A stretch of 64,000 nucleotides of DNA from an uncultured Clostridia bacterium (GCA_937922005.1 CAKZWV010000054.1:11855-75854); one strand, 5' to 3'. Positions 12,424 to 21,980 are shown, counted from the stretch's first letter. Numbers and translations are program-made. Notes: generated from the sequence alone by a model not told the origin.

Positions 12424-12587
12424 CTAAAACCCCTTTCTCCATTCCATTTCGTATTCACTCTTGAAAAATCTAATCTATGAGATCGCCATTCTTATTACAT
12501 TGCTATTCTTATTACATCACTCAATGCTTTAATCCTACATGGCCAGCACGACCCTTAGACCTAACGGGACCGACATAGCTCCTTAGC

Positions 12588-12878
12588 CTACTTTACGAAA
12601 TGAAAATACTTCTTTGCGCTCGGCAATTCCCTTGTCGGACGCATCTTTTGCGTAATCCGCTCAAAGGAAATCTGACTCAGATAGGCATTCGACTCCGTGA
12701 CAAGAAGGGTCTGCGGCAGGCCATCATCTGTATGAATCAAACGCTTTTCCTGATCCGCCAAAGTTAAAAAATCGTTGTTCGCCGACCTACGTTCCATCGT
12801 CACGGTATCTAAGTCAGAAACAAAAAGAATATCATCTTGGGATAAGAGATAGATCCCTCCAAGGTTAATCACATCCAT
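12588..12878 (-). CDS. DUF370 (RemB/YaaB-like) small protein
   Basis: Sits in the conserved recF-gyrB position. MDVINLGGIYLLSQDDILFVSD resembles the DUF370 N-terminus. GGAGG lies 7 nt upstream of the ATG at 12878; the ORF-track start at 12908 is less likely. Confidence 0.6.
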   Translation of the reverse strand: MDVINLGGIYLLSQDDILFVSDLDTVTMERRSANNDFLTLADQEKRLIHTDDGLPQTLLVTESNAYLSQISFERITQKMRPTRELPSAKKYFHFVK

Positions 12879-12984
12879 AAAATTACCTCCAAATTCTCGG
12901 TCCCTCATTCTACTAAAAATCCCAGATTATTTCAACCGAAGCAAAAAAATACCAAAAAAGTGCTTTGAGTACAAAAAATCAAAA

Positions 12985-14139
12985 TTAAGGGGTTGGGGGC
13001 TTCCAAGGGAAAATTTTCCCATCCTGAACTTCAAACATCGAAGCCTCCAAATCTTGGAGGTGACTTGCTAAGTCTGGATCCAGGTCCGTCCCCGTAATAA
13101 CTGTCTGCCCATCCCGGATCAGGTCAAAGATCATAAAACGCCTAGAGGGGTCCAACTCACTGAGCACATCATCCAAGAGTAAAATGGAGCGCTGACCCGT
13201 TTGCTCCTCGATATAGGAAAGTTCTGCTACTTTCAGGGCCAGGACCAGAGATCTCTGCTGGCCCTGGGAAGCAAAAATTCTCGCATCTAAGTCATTAATC
13301 GTAAAAGCCACATTATCCCGATGGACCCCCGTCTGGGCAAAGGCCCGCTCAAGGTCCCTAGGCCTGTCTTGAACAAATCTCTGCCAAAAGACCTCCTCCA
13401 AGTCTTCTAGGCCCTGTGCCTCATTCACTCCCCTGAGGGTCCGGTAGGAAACTTCAAGTTTTTCTGTCCCCCGGCTCAAAGCAAGAAGGGCTTCCCTTGC
13501 TTTCGTCTCTAGAGCCGCCAGAGTCTTTCTCCTTGCCAAGGCAATCCCTGCCGAAACCTTAGCCAAGGATCGATCCACTCCATCTAGATAAAAATCGAGG
13601 GTTTCCCCCTGCAAATCCTTCAATATCTGATTTTTAGCAGCCAAAAGCTTTCTCATTTGCTGAAGCAGCATAAAATACTCCCGGTCCGTCTTAGAAATCA
13701 AAATATCCAAGAAGCGCCTGCGTTCCCCCGGACCACCCTTAACCAGCTGGAGGTCTTCTGGGGCAAAGATAACCGTTTGCACGAGGCCAAAGAGGTCCGC
13801 AAAGGCATCGAGTTCCAAGCGATTGTAGGAAATCGTCCTCTTATTATTCCCATAGGCAATCGACAAGGTCTTGGTGTCGTAGGGGGTTAAGTCAGGGGTA
13901 CTCTGATTTTCCCTTTCAAAGGAAGCTTCCAAGAAAAAGCTCCCTTGGCCTCGGAAGGCCAGATCTTGGTCTCGGCTGGTCCGATGACTCCTGGCGCAGC
14001 TTAAGTAGTAGATGGCCTCGAGGAGATTGGTTTTCCCCATTCCATTGGGCCCGACCAGGAGATTTACCTTGGGGGAGAAGGCCAGTTCCAAGTCCTCGTA
14101 ATTGCGGAAATGATGAAGTCTGAGGAAATTGAGATACAA
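12985..14139 (-). CDS. recF: DNA replication and repair protein RecF
   Basis: Walker A GPNGMGKTNLLEA, signature SQGQQRSLVLALK, and Walker B ILLLDDVLSELD. Confidence 0.93.
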   Translation of the reverse strand: MYLNFLRLHHFRNYEDLELAFSPKVNLLVGPNGMGKTNLLEAIYYLSCARSHRTSRDQDLAFRGQGSFFLEASFERENQSTPDLTPYDTKTLSIAYGNNKRTISYNRLELDAFADLFGLVQTVIFAPEDLQLVKGGPGERRRFLDILISKTDREYFMLLQQMRKLLAAKNQILKDLQGETLDFYLDGVDRSLAKVSAGIALARRKTLAALETKAREALLALSRGTEKLEVSYRTLRGVNEAQGLEDLEEVFWQRFVQDRPRDLERAFAQTGVHRDNVAFTINDLDARIFASQGQQRSLVLALKVAELSYIEEQTGQRSILLLDDVLSELDPSRRFMIFDLIRDGQTVITGTDLDPDLASHLQDLEASMFEVQDGKIFPWKPPTP

Positions 14140-14142
14140 GGC

Positions 14143-15273
14143 TTAGCGACTCGCTCCACTGCTGCGGATGGGCAGGATAAGGTAATAGTTATCAGTTCCC
14201 ACAAAGGTTAGAGCTGTGGCCGTAGACTTGGTAATCCTCAGTTCGACTGTATCGGAAATAGATAATTTTAAGACATCCATCAAGAAAAATGGAGAATACC
14301 AAAAATCAAATTCTTCTGAACTACTCCCCTCACATGCTACTACCTCTTTGGCTTGGGCTACTGCCAGGTCTGAACTTAAGGTTAACTGCTGGTCTTGTTG
14401 ATATTCAACCTTGATCTGGCGAATATCGTCGGGCCGCTCGGCAATTAGGGAAATCCGCTGGATGGCCTGGAGCAAGTCTTGGCGGTTAATCTTTAAGTCG
14501 CAGAACCAATCGGTCAAATAGATCGACCTAAAATTCATATATTTGCCACTTAAGAGGGTAGTACTCATAACAAAAGTGTCATAGTAAAGACTCAAGAACT
14601 GATTATTGTAAACAAGTTTAACCGTGCTTTCATCATCCTTGACCAGTTTACAGAACATATTGAGAATCTTAAGAGGAATGGAAATCGAAGTCTCCGGCAC
14701 TACCGGGAGCTCAGAGAGATCCATATGGGCAATGGCAATCCGGGAGTTATCTGCCCCACAAAGGTAGAGGCCCTTATCCTCAGTCTCTAGGTAAAGGCCG
14801 TTATATACCGTCAAAATCCCCGTATCGGTATTTTCCTTCATAGCAGAAAAGCTGGTTTGCTCAATTTTACTCTTAAACTCTTTAGCATTGACCTCAAGGA
14901 TATGGCCCTCCTCCAATTTATTAATGGTGGGATATTCATTGAGGTAAAATTCCAAATTAAATTTTGCCGTGCCCGAAATAATCCGTAGCTTGTTTTTATC
15001 CTCCTGGATGTCTAAGGTGACCTCCGGGGCTGAAAGAACCTGAATAATATTATTAAATAATTTGGCCTTAACCAGGAATTGGAAGGACCCCTCCGCTTGG
15101 ATGGCCATTTGCCCTTCAATGTCTAACTTGCCATCGGTTGCCTTAATAAAAAGGAGCCCTTCCTTGGCTTCCAACTGAAAACAATCCAAGTTGGTAATGC
15201 TTTTTGGGTCAATCGCCCCTAAGCCATAGCGTAGTAAGTATTTCAGTTCTTCAGTATTACATGTCAGTTTCAT
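14143..15273 (-). CDS. dnaN: DNA polymerase III beta sliding clamp
   Basis: 376 aa, in the dnaA-dnaN-recF arrangement, with a three-domain beta-clamp-like sequence. Confidence 0.9.
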   Translation of the reverse strand: MKLTCNTEELKYLLRYGLGAIDPKSITNLDCFQLEAKEGLLFIKATDGKLDIEGQMAIQAEGSFQFLVKAKLFNNIIQVLSAPEVTLDIQEDKNKLRIISGTAKFNLEFYLNEYPTINKLEEGHILEVNAKEFKSKIEQTSFSAMKENTDTGILTVYNGLYLETEDKGLYLCGADNSRIAIAHMDLSELPVVPETSISIPLKILNMFCKLVKDDESTVKLVYNNQFLSLYYDTFVMSTTLLSGKYMNFRSIYLTDWFCDLKINRQDLLQAIQRISLIAERPDDIRQIKVEYQQDQQLTLSSDLAVAQAKEVVACEGSSSEEFDFWYSPFFLMDVLKLSISDTVELRITKSTATALTFVGTDNYYLILPIRSSGASR

Positions 15274-15463
15274 AAAGCGATCCTCCTTGATATCTTGGTG
15301 ATCCTGTTTTTTTTGCTGCCCTATAACTAATAAACTAGTAGTTAGATATTAGGGGGTGTTGAAAGTGTTGAAAAGTCCTTGCGAAGGCCTAACGACAAAC
15401 TTGATCCCTGTTGACAAAATCATCATGAATGTTGAAAGCGTGTTAAAAAAGTCCCCGAAGATG
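15274..15463. other. dnaA-dnaN spacer with tandem non-canonical DnaA-box-like 9-mers, a G5 cluster, a TAG-rich stretch and an AT-rich tract (oriC-like module)
   Basis: Box-like 9-mers: TGTTGAAAG 15357-15365, abutting TGTTGAAAA 15366-15374, TGTTGACAA 15409-15417, TGTTGAAAG 15430-15438 and TGTTAAAAA 15441-15449. GGGGG at 15352-15356 is preceded by CTATAACTAATAAACTAGTAGTTAGATATTA. Confidence 0.5.
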
Positions 15464-17098
15464 TCAACAACCTTTCTTTTTTTCCTTGAAGATACTTTTA
15501 CAAGCCTTCTCATAATCCTTGGCGTAACGTTTATCCTCTTTGAGACTCTCAGCCTTTTTCAAGGCATGAAGGACCGTGCTGTGGGTCCGACGAAAGGGGT
15601 CTCCAATTTCTTTCAAAGTCAACGAAGGACAATACTCCCGGATAGCTCCCATGGTCAAGTGACGAACTTCGCACACCTCCTTGGTTCGACTCGTAGAGCG
15701 AAGAATCCGGTCAGGAATTTTAAAAACTTGAGAAAAAATATGGATAATCTCATCCGGACTTGATTCTAAACCTTGAAGATCTTCCTTCGGAACTTCCGTA
15801 TGGTCCAGAACCTTCATATCAATCCGATCTAAGACGGTATAATTGATCCAACATCGGTGACACCAGCCCAAAATACTCCCGACCGTCGGAAAGTCAAGCT
15901 TACAAAAGGCCTGAACATCCTCCGGTTCGTAATGCATCCCATGGAGGTCGGCATAGTGTTGGAATATTTTTTGCGCAAGGGCAGGGGTTGGGGTACCGCC
16001 CATATTGGAGAAATGACTTGTGGCCAGCTTTGATTTGATTTGCGGATTGAGATCGGCTTCACCCGCCAAAAAGCGGTCAGCAATGAGGACCATAAAGGCC
16101 CCGTTGGCTTCAAAATTATTGATAATATTGAGGATTTCCTCTTGAAAGCGCTCCTTTCGGAGGACAAATTGTAAATCATCAATCACAAGAAGCTTGGGCG
16201 TCCGGTATTTTTGGCGAAAATTTGCAAAATTTCTAGCTTTACAGGCTTTTGTGAAGTCATTCATCATCATTTCAGCATTGACATAGAGAAAATTCTCGAG
16301 ATGATGGCTTTTAAGCTTATTCAGGACGGCCCAGACCAGGTGGGTTTTTCCCATCCCACTTGACCCATATAGGTAATAGAGGTTAAGCTCCCCAGGCCTA
16401 AAGTCCTGGCGGAGGGACTTTTGTAGGAAAGTCTCCTCCAAGGACCGCAGCGTAATATAAGCCTCTTGGTTGATCGCATCGATCATAAAATTATCCAGGG
16501 TATAGGGGTAGCCCATTTCCGGAGCAGAAGGCTCTTGCGTTGAAAGCTCTTGGAGCGTGGGCATTTGGCTAGAGGGGCCCATAACGGCAAGCTTTTGATT
16601 TGTTGGTACCTGGCTTGTTGGTATCTGGATTTCTGACTCTTTTGCAGTTTGGCCTCGGAGATCTGGTGTCGGAGTTAGCCAGCTTTGGCAGGTTGGCAAG
16701 GTGCTCACTTTGGAACAAGGGATGATTTCTCCCGTCTGGGTGATCAGATGATAAGAGATGAGCCCCCGGTTGAGGCCGTCTAGGATGGTCGGCCAAAATC
16801 TCATGACAAGGGCCTCGACAGAGTGAGGAATATCCGTGAAAGGACGAACCTCGTCCCACTCATTGATGAGGACAGTCTGTAGGTTAAAGTCTCGCAGGAT
16901 GCCCTGACCTAGGAGGGACAACTGCTTGTGAAAGACCGTCAGAAAATAATCTTGGGGATAGACGATGAGAAAGAGCCGAGATTGGTCCACCCTACAAGTC
17001 TTCAATTCATGGGTAAAAGTATTAAGAATACTTGCACTTTCCATCGAAAGATAAGAGTTAACTAAGCTATCCCATTTTTCTATGGTGACCAGGTCCAT
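15464..17098 (-). CDS. dnaA: Chromosomal replication initiator DnaA (divergent)
   Basis: Walker A GSSGMGKTHL, Walker B LLVIDDLQF, and domain IV ...IGDPFRRTHSTVLHALKK. Lies upstream of dnaN-recF-gyrB. Domain II is long and Pro/Gln/Thr/Ser-rich. Confidence 0.85.
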   Translation of the reverse strand: MDLVTIEKWDSLVNSYLSMESASILNTFTHELKTCRVDQSRLFLIVYPQDYFLTVFHKQLSLLGQGILRDFNLQTVLINEWDEVRPFTDIPHSVEALVMRFWPTILDGLNRGLISYHLITQTGEIIPCSKVSTLPTCQSWLTPTPDLRGQTAKESEIQIPTSQVPTNQKLAVMGPSSQMPTLQELSTQEPSAPEMGYPYTLDNFMIDAINQEAYITLRSLEETFLQKSLRQDFRPGELNLYYLYGSSGMGKTHLVWAVLNKLKSHHLENFLYVNAEMMMNDFTKACKARNFANFRQKYRTPKLLVIDDLQFVLRKERFQEEILNIINNFEANGAFMVLIADRFLAGEADLNPQIKSKLATSHFSNMGGTPTPALAQKIFQHYADLHGMHYEPEDVQAFCKLDFPTVGSILGWCHRCWINYTVLDRIDMKVLDHTEVPKEDLQGLESSPDEIIHIFSQVFKIPDRILRSTSRTKEVCEVRHLTMGAIREYCPSLTLKEIGDPFRRTHSTVLHALKKAESLKEDKRYAKDYEKACKSIFKEKKKGC

Positions 17099-17408
17099 CT
17101 TTTTCCTCCCTATTGGCTTTCCCTAAGAAGGCGGCAAATACTCCTGCCCCCAGCTCGGCAAGTTCGTAGCCTTTGAGGAGGGGGGAGGAGGCCAAATTTC
17201 TTAGGGTCTCCTTATCAGGATAGCAAAGCAAGGTTCTTTTTTCTTGGCAGAAAGCCCGGTCTTATCGTCTCTTTAAAATCTTTGTAGGGCAAATGATGAA
17301 AATGTTGATGGCATGTAACAAAATTTGAACATGTTGAAAAGTCTCGCATCCTGCCTGGTCATCGCCTCTTCGATGTTCAAAACTTGGGAGCTGGGAATAT
17401 TTGTGGGA
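17099..17408. other. dnaA upstream region with additional TGTTGAAAA-type boxes
   Basis: TGTTGATGG 17303-17311, TGTTGAAAA(GTC) 17332-17343 and TGTTCAAAA 17374-17382. The 12-mer TGTTGAAAAGTC is shared with 15366-15377. Confidence 0.45.
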
Positions 17409-18251
17409 TTATTTTTGACAATTAGGGCAATATCTTGAACTTCTTCCTCCGACTTTGCTCTTGACTATTTCGGATTGACAAGTAAAACAAGGTAAACCTT
17501 CCCTTTGGTATACTTTTAAGGATTGTTGAAAGTTTCCTTTTTGGCCATCTATTCCCAGATAGTTGCGAAAACTGCAGCCCTTGGCCAAAATGCCTTCTTG
17601 TAATTTATCGATAATTGTCTGGTAGAGGGTCTCTATTTCACTTGTTAGCATGTCTCTACCAAGTCGGTCGGGACGAATTCCAGCCTGAAAGAGGATTTCA
17701 TCGGAATAGATGTTACCGATCCCCGCCATTAACCTTTGATCGAGGAGAAGGTCCTTGATAGTCCTGGTTCCCTTGGCTTGAATGATTTTGGTCAAATAAG
17801 GGAGGGTGAAGGCGAAGTCCAGGCAATCTGGCCCCAAGTGGAGATAGCCCGCCTGGTTGATGGCAGCTTCGTCCGGGTAGAGATAGAGACGGCCAAATTT
17901 TCGGATATCTTGAAAGGCCAGTTGGGTCCCATCAGTAAAATAAAGGAGAAAACGTAGGTAGGGAAGGTCCAGGGTTTCACCGCTTACTAGGTAACGGAGG
18001 GTTCCTGTCATTCTGAGGTGGAGGAGGAGGCAGCCTGCCTGGTCAGGGGAGTCAGGCCCTTCGTGGGTTAGATTGAAGAGGAGATATTTGCCCTTGCGAT
18101 GGATTTGCTCAATCTTTGCTCCCTGAAGGTTGAGCTGGGAGGGATTTTCAACAGAACTTAGATTAAAGACTTCCAGCTTTTTAATCACTTTATTAAGACA
18201 GGTCGCTCTAAGGCCCCGGGCGATGGTTTCCACTTCGGGAAGTTCAGGCAT
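17409..18251 (-). CDS. mutM: Formamidopyrimidine-DNA glycosylase
   Basis: N-terminal MPELPEVET and a C-terminal zinc finger CFTCQSEIVKSKVGGRSSRYCPNCQ. Confidence 0.92.
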   Translation of the reverse strand: MPELPEVETIARGLRATCLNKVIKKLEVFNLSSVENPSQLNLQGAKIEQIHRKGKYLLFNLTHEGPDSPDQAGCLLLHLRMTGTLRYLVSGETLDLPYLRFLLYFTDGTQLAFQDIRKFGRLYLYPDEAAINQAGYLHLGPDCLDFAFTLPYLTKIIQAKGTRTIKDLLLDQRLMAGIGNIYSDEILFQAGIRPDRLGRDMLTSEIETLYQTIIDKLQEGILAKGCSFRNYLGIDGQKGNFQQSLKVYQREGLPCFTCQSEIVKSKVGGRSSRYCPNCQK

Positions 18252-20343
18252 GATCTTCCTCCTCCTCGTGGGCTCTCGGCCTTTTTTGATCCGGATGCCT
18301 TGGAAAGTCCGTCTTGCCCTGGCAGTCTTGATTCTTTAGCTCGTACTTTTGAAGGGCCCGGACGATGAGGTCGATTTCACTTTGCCAAGGCTGGTAGGAA
18401 AGGTCAGGGGGGAAGGCCAGGCCGGACCGAGGAGATAAATTTCCTTGGGCATAGAAGAAGGGATTTCCCCCTCCGGGCATGGTATCCCGCTTAAACTGAC
18501 TGCGGAAAAAGCGAGAAAGGAATATTTGTAAGGTGGTGGCAAGCTTCGTCCACTCATATTGTTCCCCAAAATACTCCTTTGCTGACAAGAGAAGGGTCAA
18601 AGGACTATCGGGCGGTGTATCCCCAAGGATTTGCTCGATGAAGTAATCGTGAATCTCATATTTCCCGATGATATCCTCCGTCTTTTGTGGGTTTTTACCA
18701 CTAGCATCGACGGAAAGAAGCTCTGGGCTGATATCCCTGCCCAGGATCTCGGTTAGGGGGGCACGGAGGGGAGAGGAAGATGGGAGATCATCGACAAAAG
18801 CGGCGATGATCTTTTGAATTCGAGTTTTTGTGAAAGAAGCGTTGGGATTGTACATGGAGATGGCATCCCCATTGTAGGTCGCCCAACCAAGGGCGATTTC
18901 CGACAAATCCCCAGTTCCGAGCACAATACCGTTGTATTTATTCGCAAGATTCATTAAAAGATTCGTCCGCAGCCGGGCTTGGGAATTTTCAAAGGCGATC
19001 TGGTGGTTGGTCTCATCGATTTCAAGGAGGTCCTGGGTGGCCTTGGAGAGCTGGGTCAAGTCGAGGACCTCTAAGTCCAAGTCCAGAGCCCGGCAGAGGT
19101 CCTTAGCCAGACGCATGGATTGGTCCGTGGAGCCCATAGCAGGGAGGGCGATAGGGAGAATCTGTAGGGGATCCTTTCCCATTCCCTTCTTTTTTTGGAA
19201 TTTTTTAGCTTGCACCGCAATGAGGAGGGCGAGGGTTGAATCGAGGCCTGCTGATAGACCAAGAATCACAGTTTTGCTATGGATCCGATCCATTTTCTGC
19301 GCTAGCCCCGCCCCAGCAGCTGCAAGCAGATAGAGATTTTCCGCCTCCAGGTCCTGGGAATCCCATGGATAGGCTGCTTCAACATTTTGGAAGGAGCCGG
19401 ACTGTGCCAATTCTTGGGAATCAGCCCGATTCAGCTGAAGGCGATGGACCTGTGATTTTCTCAACTTCTGGTAAGATTGCAACAAATATTCCAGCAATCC
19501 TTCCCCATCTTCCAAGGCCTCGTAGCGCTGGTGCTTTTTTTCTTCCGGGCATTCCCCCAACCAGGCATAGAGGAAGGGTTCAGACTTCTCCTGGCAAGAC
19601 TCTCGGAATGAATTTTCAGCGACAGCCCGGGCTACCTGCACCTTCAGAGCAGGGAGGGAATGCGCAAGGACAGGGCGAGCAAGGAGATCGTTTTGGAAGA
19701 GGATCTCGCCCCCTGGGGTAAGAAGGAGGATGGAAGCCAGACCTACAACATCCGAGGGTGAAGCTGTATCCCCGGGGAGGAGGAAGAGACAAGCTTTCTC
19801 CCTTTGAAAGGCTTGCTCTTGATAAAGATTGATTTCTCTAGGATAAAGAGCGTTATTCTTAGCATAATGCAGAGAAAAAGGCAAGGAAGAAGGAGAGTAA
19901 AGCACTTTTGCATCCTCACCCATATCTTCCTCCGTTTCTGTGTTCCACGCTTCATCTTCAGATCCGATGTACCAGGCTTCGTTCTCATCTAAGACCTGGA
20001 TTTGCCCGCCCTGAATGAATTGGATACCTTGGGTGGAAGAAAGGAGGAAAGATTTCTCAGGATAGGGCAAAGTGGCTTGGCGGAGGCCCTGGAGGAATAT
20101 TTCTTCTTCCCCTAGAGTGGGGGGAGAAGTGGCAAAGATCTGATGTGGATCCTCAAAAGTCATGGTATTTCCAAGCACGATAAAGTCAGCATCTGGATCA
20201 ATACTCTTTTCTAGAATATCTTGAAAATCTTTACGATACAGTTCAATGGTATCTTTTACCCCATTTTCTATGGAATGATAAAGGCGGGGGAGGGTGATTA
20301 CTTGCAGGAGATGGACTGGAGGCCATGGAGTGGAGTAGGACAT
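18244..20343 (-). CDS. nadE: NAD+ synthetase (large form; N-terminal CN-hydrolase-like domain appears degenerate)
   Basis: PP-loop LGLSAGLDSTLALLIA, followed by ...GTGDLSEIALGWATYNGD...KYEIHDYFIEQIL. Overlaps mutM by 8 nt. Confidence 0.8.
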   Translation of the reverse strand: MSYSTPWPPVHLLQVITLPRLYHSIENGVKDTIELYRKDFQDILEKSIDPDADFIVLGNTMTFEDPHQIFATSPPTLGEEEIFLQGLRQATLPYPEKSFLLSSTQGIQFIQGGQIQVLDENEAWYIGSEDEAWNTETEEDMGEDAKVLYSPSSLPFSLHYAKNNALYPREINLYQEQAFQREKACLFLLPGDTASPSDVVGLASILLLTPGGEILFQNDLLARPVLAHSLPALKVQVARAVAENSFRESCQEKSEPFLYAWLGECPEEKKHQRYEALEDGEGLLEYLLQSYQKLRKSQVHRLQLNRADSQELAQSGSFQNVEAAYPWDSQDLEAENLYLLAAAGAGLAQKMDRIHSKTVILGLSAGLDSTLALLIAVQAKKFQKKKGMGKDPLQILPIALPAMGSTDQSMRLAKDLCRALDLDLEVLDLTQLSKATQDLLEIDETNHQIAFENSQARLRTNLLMNLANKYNGIVLGTGDLSEIALGWATYNGDAISMYNPNASFTKTRIQKIIAAFVDDLPSSSPLRAPLTEILGRDISPELLSVDASGKNPQKTEDIIGKYEIHDYFIEQILGDTPPDSPLTLLLSAKEYFGEQYEWTKLATTLQIFLSRFFRSQFKRDTMPGGGNPFFYAQGNLSPRSGLAFPPDLSYQPWQSEIDLIVRALQKYELKNQDCQGKTDFPRHPDQKRPRAHEEEEDHA

Positions 20344-20462
20344 GATTTTTTCCTTTCTTAATTTTTGTTTGGTGAGGAGGACGGTAAGAAGCTTAGGGAG
20401 GGCCCTACTAGGACCCTAGCGAGGAGCTCGCTGGGAGCACCAGCGAAAAAGGGACCTCTCCC

Positions 20463-21950
20463 TCATTGCACCTTCCGGACCATGAGACTAAAGAGCTCTT
20501 TCCAGCGGGGGGTCTTGCCATATTGGAGGACCCCGTAGTGGTAAAGGTGGATGGCAAAGTTGGCGACAAAATAAATGCTGATGCTGTGGAGGAGAAGGGG
20601 GATCAGGATTTGCCATATAGCGAGGCTTTGGAGAGAAAAACGGGCATAAAAAACCAAAATCCCAAAAAGGGGGACGTAAGAAAGAATACGGACCCAAAGG
20701 GCACCGGGAGTATTTGTGGCAAGGAGGGCGAGCATAAAAATACCAAGTATCAGGGAGGAGATCGGGGTCGTCAGTTGGCTGAGTTCTTCCGTCCTGTTTA
20801 CAAATGATCCCAAAGAGGCGTAAAGATACGCATAAGTTAGATAAGCGATGAGAAAGATGATCAAGGACATGAGGAGGTTCCTGGGCTGCAGGGTGCTCAG
20901 ACTAAAGAGGGTGGCGACGGGGGGATAATCAAGTTTAATGGTAATGATTTTCGCTAGGGTTGTGAAAAAATAGTAGGCCCAGCCAAAAAAGACGAGCTGG
21001 AGGATACCGACGATGGCAAGACCCAGGACTTTACCGTGGATGAGGGCGGCTGGGGATGTCGATGTAATTAGGATTTCCATGGCACGATTGGATTTTTCGG
21101 CGGCGACAATGGTGGCCGTCCGCTGCCCGTAGGTGAGAATGAAAATATAGAGAATGAGGATCATCGATACTGCGTAAGGGAAGGTGCTCGCCAGGTTTGG
21201 TACCCCCTTTTTGTTCGTAAGCTCCACGAGTTTCATGCTAGCCGGCTCGGTGACCTGAGCAATTTCATCAGTCTTTAATCCCTTTTTTTCTAGGAAATCT
21301 TTGGTAATCTCTTTCGAAATCAGGACCCGCAAGCTGTTGGCCAAAGTGTTTTGCTGGTCGAGATAGAGGGTGTACCAGGCATATTGATCGACATCTTGAA
21401 TAACAAATATTCCCTGGATATTAGGATTAGCTTCCGCAAAGACCAGGTAGTCGAAGGTGTCGTGGGGGCCAAGCTTATCCGTCGCTTCTGCAGTAAGGAC
21501 GGTTTGTGATTTAGAAGAGCCTGTTTCTTCCGAGGCCTTGTCCAGGTTTCTTTCCAGGTTTCTTTCCAGGTCTTTTTCTGGATCCTTTTCTAGATCTTCC
21601 CGTCGAATGACCTTCTGAACATCTTCAATGGTGCTGTAGTAATTTTCAGCGTTGAGCCCCTGGACTTCTAAGTCAGGTAGGGCCTTTTTTAGAAAGGAGA
21701 AATCTTTCAGAAAACCGTTGGGATCTTGGATATAGACAAGTTTGGTCGTTTTATTTGCCGGATTTAAGCGGTGTAGCCCATCCATGAGGAGGGGAGAAAA
21801 AGTTGAAAAGGCAATCAGCAGGAGGGTCACGAGGGTCGCAATTTTAAAAGCCCGGCTGGTGATGTAATTTTTACCCTCAAAGCGCATGACCGTCTTAATT
21901 CCAGAGAGGGTCTTTTGCCAAGAAGAAGGGCAAGTAGCTTCGTGATTCAT
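20463..21950 (-). CDS. ABC-2 type transporter permease (NatB/YhaP-like); no adjacent ATPase gene
   Basis: One N-terminal TM helix, a large extracytoplasmic domain, then about 5 C-terminal TM helices, which is the ABC2_membrane architecture. Confidence 0.6.
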   Translation of the reverse strand: MNHEATCPSSWQKTLSGIKTVMRFEGKNYITSRAFKIATLVTLLLIAFSTFSPLLMDGLHRLNPANKTTKLVYIQDPNGFLKDFSFLKKALPDLEVQGLNAENYYSTIEDVQKVIRREDLEKDPEKDLERNLERNLDKASEETGSSKSQTVLTAEATDKLGPHDTFDYLVFAEANPNIQGIFVIQDVDQYAWYTLYLDQQNTLANSLRVLISKEITKDFLEKKGLKTDEIAQVTEPASMKLVELTNKKGVPNLASTFPYAVSMILILYIFILTYGQRTATIVAAEKSNRAMEILITSTSPAALIHGKVLGLAIVGILQLVFFGWAYYFFTTLAKIITIKLDYPPVATLFSLSTLQPRNLLMSLIIFLIAYLTYAYLYASLGSFVNRTEELSQLTTPISSLILGIFMLALLATNTPGALWVRILSYVPLFGILVFYARFSLQSLAIWQILIPLLLHSISIYFVANFAIHLYHYGVLQYGKTPRWKELFSLMVRKVQ

Positions 21951-21980
21951 AGGTATCGAGAAAAATCCTTTCTGCTGGTA

